A stretch of DNA of 64,000 nucleotides from an uncultured Anaerolinea sp. (GCA_964403875.1 CAYOHX010000007.1:3842-67841), one strand, 5' to 3'; shown: positions 1 through 10,417, counted from the first letter of the stretch. Program-made: numbers and translations. The notes: generated by a model from the letters alone, not told the origin.

Positions 1-1
1 C

Positions 2-682
2 ACCGAGGCGGCGAAGTTTGACCAGGGCATTGTCGAAAAGATCGAACACCACGTGCGCACTGGACATAAAGTCGTCATCACATCAGGGCTGCTGCGCGCC
101 TTGCAAGACCGCGGCATTCGCCACATCGCCGAGCTAGAGGTCTCGGATCGGAAGACCACAACGAACCGATTCTTGATTGGTTGGAATGCGGTTTTTGAAG
201 CCGAGAAATCCGTAACCGTGCCTCAGGTGACGTACTTCACCAATGATTCCTGGGAAGAAATTTCTTGCATTGGCGGCACAACCGGCTGCCCGCTGTTACA
301 TTCCGCCGGGTATGGCCGCGGCGTGCTGTACGTGTTGTCTGTTCCTGATAACAAGGATGATTTGTACAACCTGCCGGTTGGCGTCCTGAACAAGCTCAAG
401 GAGTTTGTGGCGGGCAACCTGCCCGCTCGCCTGGAAGCCCCGGCCCAGGTGGCGATGTTCCAATATGATAACGACACCCTCATTGTGGAGTCGTTCCTGG
501 ATGAAAACGTGGATGCCCAGGTGGTAATGGCTGCCGGGCGCAAGGGTCTGCATGATATGCTGACGGGCGAGGAAATTTCTGGCGAGGAGCGGGTGTCGTT
601 TTTTGGACGGAAAACCGGTTGGCAGGGCTGCCCGGTGACCATTAAACCGCACTCTTTCCGCGTGTTCAAATTGATGGGGTAA
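2..682 (+). CDS. Hypothetical protein, C-terminal part (5' truncated by window edge); possibly carbohydrate-active
   Basis: The frame is open from base 2 (TEAAKFDQGIVEKIEHHVRTG...) to TAA at 680-682. Protein-like composition but no diagnostic motif. Confidence 0.6.
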   Translation, partial: TEAAKFDQGIVEKIEHHVRTGHKVVITSGLLRALQDRGIRHIAELEVSDRKTTTNRFLIGWNAVFEAEKSVTVPQVTYFTNDSWEEISCIGGTTGCPLLHSAGYGRGVLYVLSVPDNKDDLYNLPVGVLNKLKEFVAGNLPARLEAPAQVAMFQYDNDTLIVESFLDENVDAQVVMAAGRKGLHDMLTGEEISGEERVSFFGRKTGWQGCPVTIKPHSFRVFKLMG

Positions 683-782
683 GGATAACTGCTCTCGTAA
701 AGGTGAGGAAGCCCGATATTGAGGCGGAATACCACAAATTCGGCTTTTTCCCCAAAGGGATGAGCAATAGCAACAAAATTTA

Positions 783-817
783 AGATACCATGCCCGGCAT
801 TGCCAGGCATGGTATCT
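783..817. terminator. Hairpin between convergent genes (likely bidirectional terminator)
   Basis: The inverted repeat agataccatgcc...ggcatggtatct lies between the stops at 682 and 836. Confidence 0.6.
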
Positions 818-835
818 GTTTATGGCCTTTTTTGA

Positions 836-1336
836 TTAACGGTTGGACATCATCAGACTTTCGATGTCTTCCTGCAAAGATTGCAGGTCTTCCTCGTGTT
901 CCACTTCTTGTTGGAGGATGGTGAGCACGATGTTATAGGTGACCGGGTCGGCGTCTTTCACCAACTTGAGCAATGATTGATACACCTCGATGGCGCACTG
1001 CTCGCCTTTGATGTTTTGTTCAAGAATAACCTTGACGAAGGGATTCTCGGGGGCGTCATAACCACAGTGGGTGTGCTTATACCAGTCCTCGGGGGTCAGC
1101 AGGGGCGTTCCGCCAAGTTGAATGATGCGCAGGGCCAACATGTCGGCGTGGGCCAGTTCTTCGTTCGCATGCAGGAGCAGTTCCGCCGCCACGGCATCTT
1201 TCATGGGGCCTTTGACCACCTTTGCGCCCAGCCAGTACTGGTAGTAGGCCAGCCACTCATCGGCGAAAGCCCGATTCAGCAGGCTGAGCAACTCATCGAC
1301 ATCCATTCCAACAATCGAGCGTCCTTTGGTTCCCAT
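836..1336 (-). CDS. Ferritin-like DPS-like (DPSL/thioferritin) protein
   Basis: Di-iron motifs ADEWLAYYQY, EELAH and EVEHEED, plus a Cys pair (THCGY, EQCAI). Start moved to the ATG at 1336, which follows the RBS AAGGAG. Confidence 0.85.
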   Translation of the reverse strand: MGTKGRSIVGMDVDELLSLLNRAFADEWLAYYQYWLGAKVVKGPMKDAVAAELLLHANEELAHADMLALRIIQLGGTPLLTPEDWYKHTHCGYDAPENPFVKVILEQNIKGEQCAIEVYQSLLKLVKDADPVTYNIVLTILQQEVEHEEDLQSLQEDIESLMMSNR

Positions 1337-1395
1337 ATTGTTTTCTCCTTTTTTGGGATCGATATACTTGATATAACCCAGTGGGGGCAAATGCT

Positions 1396-4300
1396 TTATT
1401 TTGCGGGTCTCGGGGCCAGGATTTCGCAGTTCATGCGGTTGCGGGTCAAGAAAATTTCTCGCTCTTGCGGGTCAGCAATACGCTGGGCTTGCCGGTCGAT
1501 GGCCTCGCGGGCCAGGTTCTCGTAGTCTTCATACGCCGCGATTTGGTTGGCCTGCAGGATGCGGGCGTGATTGAAATATATCTGGGGCGCTTCTTGCATC
1601 TCTTTTTGCAGTGCCATGCCTTCCACCGCCTGCGTAGAATCGGCCAGAGCCTGGGCAGGATCTCCAGCCAACAAACGGGCTTTGGCCAGGTAGGATAGGC
1701 TTTCGATGGTCTCGTTTTTTAACCCCAATCCTGCGCGTGATTGGTGCGCCAAAGCCAATAGTTCGACGGCCTGGGGCCAATTCTGCCGTTCGAGGGCCAG
1801 CAGCCCCAGCCCGTGCAGGCAGTAGCTGAGCCCGCGGCTGTCTTTAATTTGCTCGCGGAGTTCTTTGGAGCGATTCAACCACGACTCAGCTTCATCCAGG
1901 CGGCCTTCGTAGATCAAGGCCAATCCGATCAGATAGAGGTTGAAACCCTGACCCATGCGGTCGCCGATGCGCGTTTTCATCTCCAGGCCGTGCTGCAACT
2001 TCTCAATCGCCTGAGGATAATCGCCCAATCCGAGCAGCACGCGGGCCAGGTTGGTGACGTGGATGCCGGTCTGGAACATATCTTGGCGCGCTTCGGCGAG
2101 CTCCAGCGCGTGAGCGTGCAGGCGGGCAGCGGCGCTGAAATCGCCCTGCATCACATGGATCATGCCCAGATACATGGTGCTCCATGCTTCGCCCTCACCA
2201 TCGGTGATTTGCTTGCGCAGAGCCACGGCCTGCTCGAGGAGCGGCTGGGATTCGGTGTAGTTGCCACGGAAGTATTCCAGAATGCCCAACGTGTTGAGGG
2301 CATCGGCTTGCCCGTCGATGTCGTTGAGCCCGACTTTTATGGCCAAAGCCTCGCTCGCAGTAGCCTTCGCCTCGTCATAACGGCCCATCGATTGGTACAG
2401 GTCGGCCAGTTCGTTGAGCGCATCTCCGGCGCGGAAAGTGTCGCCGTGTGCCTGGGCGGACTCGAGCATGATGTTCAGGTCTGCCAGGCGGGCGTCCTGC
2501 TTGCCGGTGAGGCCGTGAATGCGTTGGCGGCGGGCCAGGATGTCGAAGCGCTTCTCCCAGGCGGAGTCATCCTGGTCAAGCAGGCCGAGCAGCTCGGAAT
2601 AGTGCTGGACAGCGGTGGCGTTGGCAAAGCCGCCCTGAGCTCGCTTGCCTGCCAACTCCAGATAACGCACAGCTTTTTCGCGGTGGTTGCTCAAGCGGAA
2701 GTGATAGGCCAGCAGTTCACATTCCTGGGCTTGAATCTCTTCAACGGGCACGCCTTTTTGTTCAGCCTGGGCAGCAAAGATGGCTTCCAGGGTTTCGCCT
2801 ACGCGCTGGTGAACTTCTTGACGGCGCTGGACCAGCAAATTATCGTAAGCCACTTCCTGCACCAGGGCATCTGGGAAGATGTAGGCGTCGGGGCGAGCCT
2901 GCTCCGGCAGGATCAGATCGCTGCGCTCCAGTTGTGCCAGCCAATCGGCTAGTTCGGCGCTTTGCGCGGCCAACTTGTTGAGGATTTCAACCTGGAAGCG
3001 CCGCCCAATGACCGCGGCCAACTGCAAGGCCTGGCGCACATCCTCGCTGAGGCGGTCCATGCGGGCGATGATTGCCCCTTGGAGCGTGGCGGGCACGGTG
3101 ATGGAGGCCATTTTCTCGGTCACTTGCCAGGTGTCATCTGCCAATTTAACCACCGCGCCTCCGGCGATGAGCGAGCGAACCACCTCTTCGATATAGAAGG
3201 GATTCCCGGCGCACTTGCTATGGATTTCGTCACGGACGGCCTCGGACAACAGCGCGCCGGGCAGGAGCTGCCCAAGCAGTTCTTCGCTTTGCGGACGGGG
3301 CAGGGGAGGAATGTATAATTCGGAGTGGCGGCGGGGGAAGTTGTTTTCGATGAAATCGTGGATGCGCCAGCAGCCTTTGTCGCGCAGTGGGCGGTAGAGG
3401 AAGCACAATAGGAGGGGAGCCTGCACAACGCATTGCAGCAAATCCTGGAAAAGGGCCAACGAAGCCTCGTCGGCAAAATGGAGGTCATCGATGACCACCA
3501 GGACTGGGCATTGGTCGGCCAGGGCGGTGAAGTATTCGCGGGCTGCCCACAGGGTTTGCTTCTGGCGCACGCGGGCATCCAGACTCTTGACGCGCTGGCC
3601 CCATTCGCCTTCTAATTCCAGGCCTACCATGTGGATGAGAAATGGCATGGCCTGGCGGGCTTTTTCCTTGCCGAGGAGCTTTTCGCCGCTTTCCCACAGG
3701 CTGAAGAGCAGGGCCTTGTCGTCCGACTCGGCTGGGTCGAGGTCCAGCGAGCCACGAACCATTTGGGCTGCCAACCAGTAGCCGACCTGTTCGCTGAAAG
3801 ACAGACCTTGAACATGAATCCAACGCAAGTTAGGCCGCTCTTCACCAGCGGACAGGCGGGCGCGTACCTCGGAAAGCAAACGAGATTTGCCCAGGCCGCT
3901 GTCACCTATGACCGAGATCAAACCACCCCGTCCAGCCAACAGGTTCTGCCCGGCGGCAAGCAGTTTTTGTAAGGCTTCATCACGCCCGATCAGGGAGGTG
4001 CTAGCCCCAGCAATGCCGCGCGCCTGACCAATTTCGGCCCTGCGGCGCAGCACCTGGTAGACATGCACCGGGATGCTCTTGCCCTTGACCTGCATTTCGC
4101 CCTTGTCGGCGGTTTCGCAGTAAGCCGCGATGCGCTCCTGGGTTCGGTCGCTGATGAAAATTTCTTGCCAGTTCGATTTGGACATCAGACGGGCGGCCAT
4201 GTTAATGTCGTCGCCCATTAAGGTGTATTCCTGGCGCAGGTCGGGGGCTCCGGCGTTGCCCGCGAAGAGCACGCCCGTGTTGATGCCGATCCGCTGGCGG

Positions 4301-5841
4301 AATCGGAAGATGCCTTCGGAGGTTTGCAGCGCCGCGAAGTGCTCCTTCATGGCCTGCTGCATCTCCAGGGCGGTATACACGGCGCGGACAGGATCATCCT
4401 CGTGGGCGCGGGGCGCGCCGAAGAAAACGATGAAGCGGTCGCCCACGGCATATTGGTCCATGCGTGCGACAGTACCCTCATATTCTTCAACAATGTCGGT
4501 CATTTTGACGAAGTAATTGTTGAGATGTTGGGTGACTACCTGGGGGTTCTTTTCACCCAGCGCATCCACCAGATCGCTAATGCCCAGATAGTTGGCGAAC
4601 ATAACCGTGACCTGGCGCCGGTCGGGCGCGATGCGCGGGTTGCGCGGGTTTTCTACGATGCGGCGGATTAACTCGCTGTTCATATAGGGGGCCAGTCGCC
4701 GGATGCGTTCGACTAGATAGGTGATCTGAGCGGTCACCTCGCCTTCCGGAGGTTCTTGCAGGATGAAGCGTTTCTGCTCTCCTTCCAGCATGGGCGCAGA
4801 CACGAGCCGGTAAATGCCTTCGGGTTTCTCGCCATGCTCACCTTCGGTTTCTACTGGCGCGGCTTCTACCCTGGCGCGGACCAAGTCGTAGACTTCCTGA
4901 GTGAGGGTAACCTCGCCGCCCGCAGCGTAGCCTTGACAGATTTCGGTGCGGTTGACCGTGTGCCCGGTGGTGACGTAGGCCATTGTCCCGCACTGACCTT
5001 TCTCCGGCTCGGGCGGAGTGCCAATGTGGGCGGCGAAGTAGGGACCGGCGGCGATGCCGCACTTGATTTTGAGCGAACGTTTTTCGCCGGCTGCGTCGAT
5101 CCCGGCGTATTTTTCCATCACTTTTTGGATGGCCAGGCCGGTTTGAGCAGCCAGAAGCGCGCTTTCGGCCATCTGCTCGGGGGTGTCGCCAGGGAAAACG
5201 CCCAGCATGGCGTCTCCGCCAAACTTGAGCAGGTCGCCGCCGTGATTGAAGAGGGCCGTGACCACATCAAAGAACAGGCTGTTGATGATCTCGGCAATGC
5301 GCTCGGCAGCCGTTTGAGGCGAAACCATCTTCAAGCGCTCGGAGAGCGGGGTGAAGCCGGACACGTCGCAGAAAATGAAAACTCCATGCTGCAGATTGCC
5401 CTTGGGCACGCCTGTGGGTTGAGGCTCCACGATGACCGGGCGGGGCAGGTAGGTTTTGGCCGTGTCGAGCAGCGCAGACAGGTGGTCGCGCGTGGCAGCC
5501 AGGTCGGTGGGGGCGGGGATGCGCTCCATCGGTTCGTAGAGGGCGGCAGGTAGGAAGCGCTTTAGGTCGGGCAGTAGCTCAGTGATGGGGCGCGCGGTCA
5601 GGGCGAGGTCGGACGATGGAGCTGTTTGCGCGCTGGGCGCGATCTGAGCGATTTGAGCTGGTGGGAAGGGAGAAGAAATGGTAGGAATGACCGGCGCGCC
5701 GCAGTGATAGCAATAGCGCGCCTCCTGGGGAAGGAGGGTGAAGCAGGTTCGGCAGATGCTGCCCTGAACGAGGATATTCCCGCAGTGGAGACAGAATCGC
5801 GCCTGGGCAGGGTTATTGGTTGCGCAGTAGGGGCATTGCAT
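1396..5841 (-). CDS. Class III adenylate/guanylate cyclase: double zinc ribbon + tandem cyclase domains + STAND/AAA_16 NTPase + TPR repeats
   Basis: Four CxxC motifs at the N-terminus; FCDVSGFT and LKFGGDA; RIGINTG and EYTLMGDDINMAARL; Walker A GDSGLGKS; Walker B VVIDDLHFAD; TPR-like C-terminus. GGAGG RBS precedes the ATG at 5841. Confidence 0.9.
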   Translation of the reverse strand: MQCPYCATNNPAQARFCLHCGNILVQGSICRTCFTLLPQEARYCYHCGAPVIPTISSPFPPAQIAQIAPSAQTAPSSDLALTARPITELLPDLKRFLPAALYEPMERIPAPTDLAATRDHLSALLDTAKTYLPRPVIVEPQPTGVPKGNLQHGVFIFCDVSGFTPLSERLKMVSPQTAAERIAEIINSLFFDVVTALFNHGGDLLKFGGDAMLGVFPGDTPEQMAESALLAAQTGLAIQKVMEKYAGIDAAGEKRSLKIKCGIAAGPYFAAHIGTPPEPEKGQCGTMAYVTTGHTVNRTEICQGYAAGGEVTLTQEVYDLVRARVEAAPVETEGEHGEKPEGIYRLVSAPMLEGEQKRFILQEPPEGEVTAQITYLVERIRRLAPYMNSELIRRIVENPRNPRIAPDRRQVTVMFANYLGISDLVDALGEKNPQVVTQHLNNYFVKMTDIVEEYEGTVARMDQYAVGDRFIVFFGAPRAHEDDPVRAVYTALEMQQAMKEHFAALQTSEGIFRFRQRIGINTGVLFAGNAGAPDLRQEYTLMGDDINMAARLMSKSNWQEIFISDRTQERIAAYCETADKGEMQVKGKSIPVHVYQVLRRRAEIGQARGIAGASTSLIGRDEALQKLLAAGQNLLAGRGGLISVIGDSGLGKSRLLSEVRARLSAGEERPNLRWIHVQGLSFSEQVGYWLAAQMVRGSLDLDPAESDDKALLFSLWESGEKLLGKEKARQAMPFLIHMVGLELEGEWGQRVKSLDARVRQKQTLWAAREYFTALADQCPVLVVIDDLHFADEASLALFQDLLQCVVQAPLLLCFLYRPLRDKGCWRIHDFIENNFPRRHSELYIPPLPRPQSEELLGQLLPGALLSEAVRDEIHSKCAGNPFYIEEVVRSLIAGGAVVKLADDTWQVTEKMASITVPATLQGAIIARMDRLSEDVRQALQLAAVIGRRFQVEILNKLAAQSAELADWLAQLERSDLILPEQARPDAYIFPDALVQEVAYDNLLVQRRQEVHQRVGETLEAIFAAQAEQKGVPVEEIQAQECELLAYHFRLSNHREKAVRYLELAGKRAQGGFANATAVQHYSELLGLLDQDDSAWEKRFDILARRQRIHGLTGKQDARLADLNIMLESAQAHGDTFRAGDALNELADLYQSMGRYDEAKATASEALAIKVGLNDIDGQADALNTLGILEYFRGNYTESQPLLEQAVALRKQITDGEGEAWSTMYLGMIHVMQGDFSAAARLHAHALELAEARQDMFQTGIHVTNLARVLLGLGDYPQAIEKLQHGLEMKTRIGDRMGQGFNLYLIGLALIYEGRLDEAESWLNRSKELREQIKDSRGLSYCLHGLGLLALERQNWPQAVELLALAHQSRAGLGLKNETIESLSYLAKARLLAGDPAQALADSTQAVEGMALQKEMQEAPQIYFNHARILQANQIAAYEDYENLAREAIDRQAQRIADPQEREIFLTRNRMNCEILAPRPAK

Positions 5842-5987
5842 GGCATTCCTCCCCGGACATTCTTCTGGATTTTCCATGGGTATGGCAAGGTGAACGGCTG
5901 ATCACTGCGCCAAAGAGGGCTTGTCCCTCTCGGAGGGAGCCGTTAAATAGATTTTACCATCATGTATCCGTGCTATAATCCAAAACG

Positions 5988-6944
5988 ATGAATCTGGATA
6001 TTCAAACAGGCGTTTTAACGGCTGTTATTCTGGCTGTGTTGGGCGTCATCCTTCTTGGGGTGACCGCTGTGCAGACCCGCAAAGCAGCGATGAGGCTGCC
6101 GTATTTCCGCAAACGGCGTGTCATGCTGGCGCGCTTCTGGCGGTTGGTGTTTTTTGCGTTCATCCTGGCCGGCGTCGCCATTGCCACCGCAATATTTGGC
6201 GAACCTGTAGCTTATACCATCATCCCGCCTTCACCCACGGTGACCAACACGCCCACCATCACCCTGACCTCAACGATCACGTTGACGCCCACCATTACGC
6301 TGACTCCCACCATCACCAATACCCCATCCATCACCAACACCCCTTCGATGCCCCAGGTGGTGGAGACACAGTTCCTGTCGACCATTACACCCAACCCGGA
6401 TGTAATTTTTAGCCCACTGATCTTTGCCGAAGATCTGGATGATAACTTCCAGGCAGTGGGACAGGCGGAGGAATTTGCCAACCCGGTCCGGCAGATTGTG
6501 GCTGTGTTCAGCTACGATCAGATGACGCCGGGAGCCCAGTGGAGCGCGTTGTGGTATCGGGGCGCGGAGCTGGTTTGCGTGGAGACTCTGCCCTGGAATG
6601 GCGGCACCGGCGGTTTTGGCTATTCTGAATGTTTGGCCCCGGTGGGTGGCTGGCAGGCGGGTGAATATGAGGTGCAGTTGTTCATTGGCACGCTGTGGAA
6701 GCAATCGGGGCGCTTTACAGTGACAGGAGACCCGCCCACGCCCACCATCACGGTATCTCCTACCCGGACGCCCACCCTGACCCCCACGGTTGGACCCTCG
6801 CCAACCCCTACGGCCAGCCTGACGTCGACGGCGACGTTGACCCTGCGGCCATCGAACACGCCGACCATTACGCTGACGCCCACACCCAGCCGCACGCCGC
6901 GCCCAACCGATACGCGCTGGCCGACTCCCACGCGCGCGCCCTAG
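5988..6944 (+). CDS. Membrane-anchored hypothetical protein with Thr/Pro-rich repeat linkers
   Basis: Two N-terminal TM segments. TPTITL-type hexapeptide repeats flank a beta-rich globular domain. Confidence 0.8.
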   Translation: MNLDIQTGVLTAVILAVLGVILLGVTAVQTRKAAMRLPYFRKRRVMLARFWRLVFFAFILAGVAIATAIFGEPVAYTIIPPSPTVTNTPTITLTSTITLTPTITLTPTITNTPSITNTPSMPQVVETQFLSTITPNPDVIFSPLIFAEDLDDNFQAVGQAEEFANPVRQIVAVFSYDQMTPGAQWSALWYRGAELVCVETLPWNGGTGGFGYSECLAPVGGWQAGEYEVQLFIGTLWKQSGRFTVTGDPPTPTITVSPTRTPTLTPTVGPSPTPTASLTSTATLTLRPSNTPTITLTPTPSRTPRPTDTRWPTPTRAP

Positions 6945-7074
6945 GACAGGAAATTAGAGATTCTCTCGCTAAGTGCTGATCTAAAATTCTGGGCAGAAAG
7001 CGCTGCCCCCCAAAAAAAAGCGGGTCTTCGACATCTGCGGAGCGACAGTTATTTATAGGAAATGGGAAAACAGT

Positions 7075-8010
7075 TTACTCGGCCACGCCGCCGGCAATTT
7101 CGGCTCCCAGGGCCGCGTTATTTTTCAATAAGGCCAGGTTGGCGCGCAGGCTGTCGCCGCCGCTCAGTTCAGCCACGCGCCCCAGAAGAAATGGCGTGAC
7201 ACGGGACCCACGAATGCCCTGCTGCTCTGCCTCACGCAACGCCTGACGGATGGCTTCTTCTACTTGTTGGCGCGGCAGGGCGGCTTCGGGCGGGGGCGGC
7301 TGAACCACCAACAGGGCGCTGTCTAGTTTCATGGACCAGTGCGCCTGGGCAATTTGAACGATCTCGGCGACTGAATCGACCGATTCGGTTACCGGCAAGC
7401 CGCTTTCAGCGGAATAAAAAGCGGGGAATTCTCGGGTGCGATAACCGATGACCGGCACGCCGGCGGTTTCCAGATGCTCTACCGTGGCGGGTAAGTCGAG
7501 GATGGATTTTGCCCCGGCGCAGACCACGATCAGCGGGCTGCGGGCCAATTCGGGGAGATCCGCGGAGACATCGAAAGGATCCCCGCGGTGGACGCCGCCG
7601 ATGCCGCCGGTGGCAAAAACACGAATTTCGGCCAGCCGAGACGCCACCAGCGTGGCGGCGACCGTTGTGCCGCCCAGCTCACCGCGAGCCAGGGCCAGGC
7701 CAAAATCTCGGCGCGAAACCTTGCGGGTCTGAGTGGCGTTGGCCAGCCGTTCCAACTCGGCGCGGGTCAGGCCAATCCGCACTTTCCCATCCATCGCGGC
7801 AATGGTGGCGGGGGTGACATGGCGGCGGCGGGCTTCGTCTTCCACGGCAAGCGCCAATTCCAGGTTGTAGGGACGGGGCAGGCCGTGGGTGATGACGGCG
7901 GATTCGAGCGCCAGGATGGGTTCGTTGAAGGCGCGGGCTTTCCAAACCTCGGATGAAAAAGCCAACGCGGGTAGTTCGGGGGTGTAACCTTCTTCAGGGA
8001 ACAGGTCCAT
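7075..8010 (-). CDS. psuG: Pseudouridine-5'-phosphate glycosidase
   Basis: Motifs ALESAVITHGLP, TGGIGGVHR, DVSADL, GAKSILD and TPFLL. Adjacent to a PfkB kinase. Confidence 0.92.
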   Translation of the reverse strand: MDLFPEEGYTPELPALAFSSEVWKARAFNEPILALESAVITHGLPRPYNLELALAVEDEARRRHVTPATIAAMDGKVRIGLTRAELERLANATQTRKVSRRDFGLALARGELGGTTVAATLVASRLAEIRVFATGGIGGVHRGDPFDVSADLPELARSPLIVVCAGAKSILDLPATVEHLETAGVPVIGYRTREFPAFYSAESGLPVTESVDSVAEIVQIAQAHWSMKLDSALLVVQPPPPEAALPRQQVEEAIRQALREAEQQGIRGSRVTPFLLGRVAELSGGDSLRANLALLKNNAALGAEIAGGVAE

Positions 8011-8013
8011 ATA

Positions 8014-8973
8014 TTAAATCACCAGTTGATCGTATAGTTTTTCGAGGCTCAATTCGGGGAGCACCGCTCCAGGATGGCGCAGCACCAGAGAAGCGGCTGA
8101 GACACCCAGGCGCACGGCCTCGTCGATGGTGATGTCGTTGAGTAGGCCAAAGATGACCGCGGCGGTCAGCGCATCGCCCGCGCCGGTGGGGTCGACCACC
8201 CGCGTGTGGATGGCTGGGACGCGCCCGCTGGTTTCGGAGGTGGCATAACAGACCCCGGCGGATGCGATGGGGATGACGGCTGTGCGCACGCCCTGACCCA
8301 CCAGCCAGCGAGCTGTTTTGAGGGCCGTTTGCGGGCCAGAGACGGGCGCTTCGGTGGGGGCCAGCACCGATGCTTCGGCGCTGTTGGCTGTGAGCAGAAA
8401 CAGGCGCGGCAGGAAGGGAGTGATGCGGGCGGCAAGGTTCTTGGAAGCCGTGTCAGCGCATACCGGCACACCCGCCCGGCGGGCCAGGCTGAAGACGGTG
8501 CGCAGGGCAGCGGGAGTCAGGTTGGCGTCTACGACTACCAGGCCGCATTTGTGGAACAGCTCCTCGCGTTCTTTGAACACAGCCGGGGTGAGGGTCTTGA
8601 GCACGCGCATATCTTCGAGGGCCATGTGCAATCCACCGTCGACGTCATAGATGGCCAGATAAGAAGCCGTGGCAGCGTCATCGACCAACAAACAAGCGGA
8701 AACATCAACGCCGCAGTCGCCTGTGTGATACAGCAGTTGGCGGCCTTGGCGGTCGGTTCCCACGGCGGTAAGCAATTGGACAGGTTGTCCTAAGCGAGCG
8801 AGATTTTCAGCGATGTTGCGCGCCACGCCACCGAAGGACAGGCGCACGCGGGCTGGATTGGATGTGCGCAGGTGGGGGTCTTCTTCAAGCATTCCCACGG
8901 TATCCATTCCAGCGGCCCCGATGACCAACACGGGGCGTTCGGCGAAGGGTTTCTCGGACGTTTCTTGGGGCAT
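8014..8973 (-). CDS. psuK: PfkB-family carbohydrate kinase, probable pseudouridine kinase
   Basis: PfkB signatures GGVARNIAENLARLG and DPTGAGD. Ends 3 bp upstream of psuG. Confidence 0.85.
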   Translation of the reverse strand: MPQETSEKPFAERPVLVIGAAGMDTVGMLEEDPHLRTSNPARVRLSFGGVARNIAENLARLGQPVQLLTAVGTDRQGRQLLYHTGDCGVDVSACLLVDDAATASYLAIYDVDGGLHMALEDMRVLKTLTPAVFKEREELFHKCGLVVVDANLTPAALRTVFSLARRAGVPVCADTASKNLAARITPFLPRLFLLTANSAEASVLAPTEAPVSGPQTALKTARWLVGQGVRTAVIPIASAGVCYATSETSGRVPAIHTRVVDPTGAGDALTAAVIFGLLNDITIDEAVRLGVSAASLVLRHPGAVLPELSLEKLYDQLVI

Positions 8974-9319
8974 GGACTCATTGTAACAAATTCCGTGTGG
9001 GTTGGCGCATTGGATTGTTGTGAGCCCGGAAACAACAAAACGTTCATAAGTTCACGCTGGCCCTGCGTCTGGTCCGCGCCATCGGCAGGCTGCATGGCAA
9101 ATATGCGAAACGGCTGCTGGTGAGTTAACGCCTGGTTTTGGGTAAAAACGACAGTTTTTGCTTTGAAGAGGTCATGATCACGAAGCTGGAGCATGCCCGA
9201 ATCTGAGACGTGGAAGCGAGAGGGCGATTAGTTTGCAGAATTGATAACTATTGTAACGAGGCTGTTAACTGATCCTTAAAGTGGATGCTGTATAATCCAA
9301 AGATAGAGGAACCCTGTCC

Positions 9320-10309
9320 ATGAAAGAATCTTCTCCCACCATTTTGCGCCGCCTGATCCCAGGTATTGTCCTGGGGTTTGTGGTATTGGTGGGGCTGGCT
9401 TTGCTGGGTGACTTGCGCGAAGTAGGGCGGCTGATTTCGAATTTCCGGTGGGAGTTCTTCTTGATCGCAATGGGTTTCACCCTGCTCAATTATGGGTTGC
9501 GCTTCCTCAAGTGGCATTTTTACCTGAAGCAAATTGGAGTGAACCGCCTGGGGGTGAGTCCGAGTGCGCGCCTGTTCGTGGGCGGCTTTCCGCTGGCGGT
9601 GACCCCGGGCAAGTTGGGCGAGGTGATCAAGGCTGTTTGGCTCATGCGCCTGACCGGCGTGCCGGTGGCGCGGGGTGTTTCGGTGGTGCTAGCCGAACGC
9701 ATCAGCGACGGATTGGCTGTGCTGGCGCTTTCGGTGTTGGGGGTGGTCTCCTATCCGCGCTATTGGCCGATCTTCATCACCATTCTGGTGCTGCTCCTGG
9801 CCGTGGTGATCGGCTCGCAGATTCGCCCGCTGGTGACGTGGGCATTGGATCAAGGCGAGAAGGTCCGCTTCTTGCAAAAAATCGTGCGCGGCTTGCGCGA
9901 GTTTTATGAGGGCAGTTTCACCCTGTTCAAGCCTGGCGCTACCCTGCTGGCGGTGCTGTTGGGCACGGTTTCCTGGCTGGGTGAGGGCTTGGGTTTTTAC
10001 TTTATCTTGCGTGGGTTGGGACTGGAACCCAGCCTGGAGTTGGCCGCGACGGCGATCTTCGTCCTGTCGTTTTCCACGGTGGTGGGGGCTGCCTCGGCCT
10101 TGCCAGGGGGGCTTGGCGCCGCCGAGGCGTCTATCGCGGGGATGCTCATCTTCATTTTGCAGCTCGATCCAGCCGTGGCTACCTCGGCCACTTTGTTGAT
10201 CCGTTTGGCGACGCTATGGTTTGGTGTTTTATTGGGAATGGCGGTTTGGGCATCCTCACCGGCATTGTTTGGGCTGGACACAGGCCACGAGCCTGCCGTA
10301 GAAACCTAG
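9320..10309 (+). CDS. Lysylphosphatidylglycerol-synthase TM / flippase-like (UPF0104) membrane protein
   Basis: Polytopic hydrophobic protein with TPGKLGE, ERISD and PGGLGAAE motifs. Confidence 0.85.
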   Translation: MKESSPTILRRLIPGIVLGFVVLVGLALLGDLREVGRLISNFRWEFFLIAMGFTLLNYGLRFLKWHFYLKQIGVNRLGVSPSARLFVGGFPLAVTPGKLGEVIKAVWLMRLTGVPVARGVSVVLAERISDGLAVLALSVLGVVSYPRYWPIFITILVLLLAVVIGSQIRPLVTWALDQGEKVRFLQKIVRGLREFYEGSFTLFKPGATLLAVLLGTVSWLGEGLGFYFILRGLGLEPSLELAATAIFVLSFSTVVGAASALPGGLGAAEASIAGMLIFILQLDPAVATSATLLIRLATLWFGVLLGMAVWASSPALFGLDTGHEPAVET

Positions 10310-10417
10310 TCGGGCGCAGGGGGTTGCTCTTGAGCGGCGAGGGCAATTTCTGGCAGCGTTTTAGGGTTTCTTCGGGTAAAATGGTTTTTATTCTAATTGC
10401 CGCGAAAAGAAGAACGA

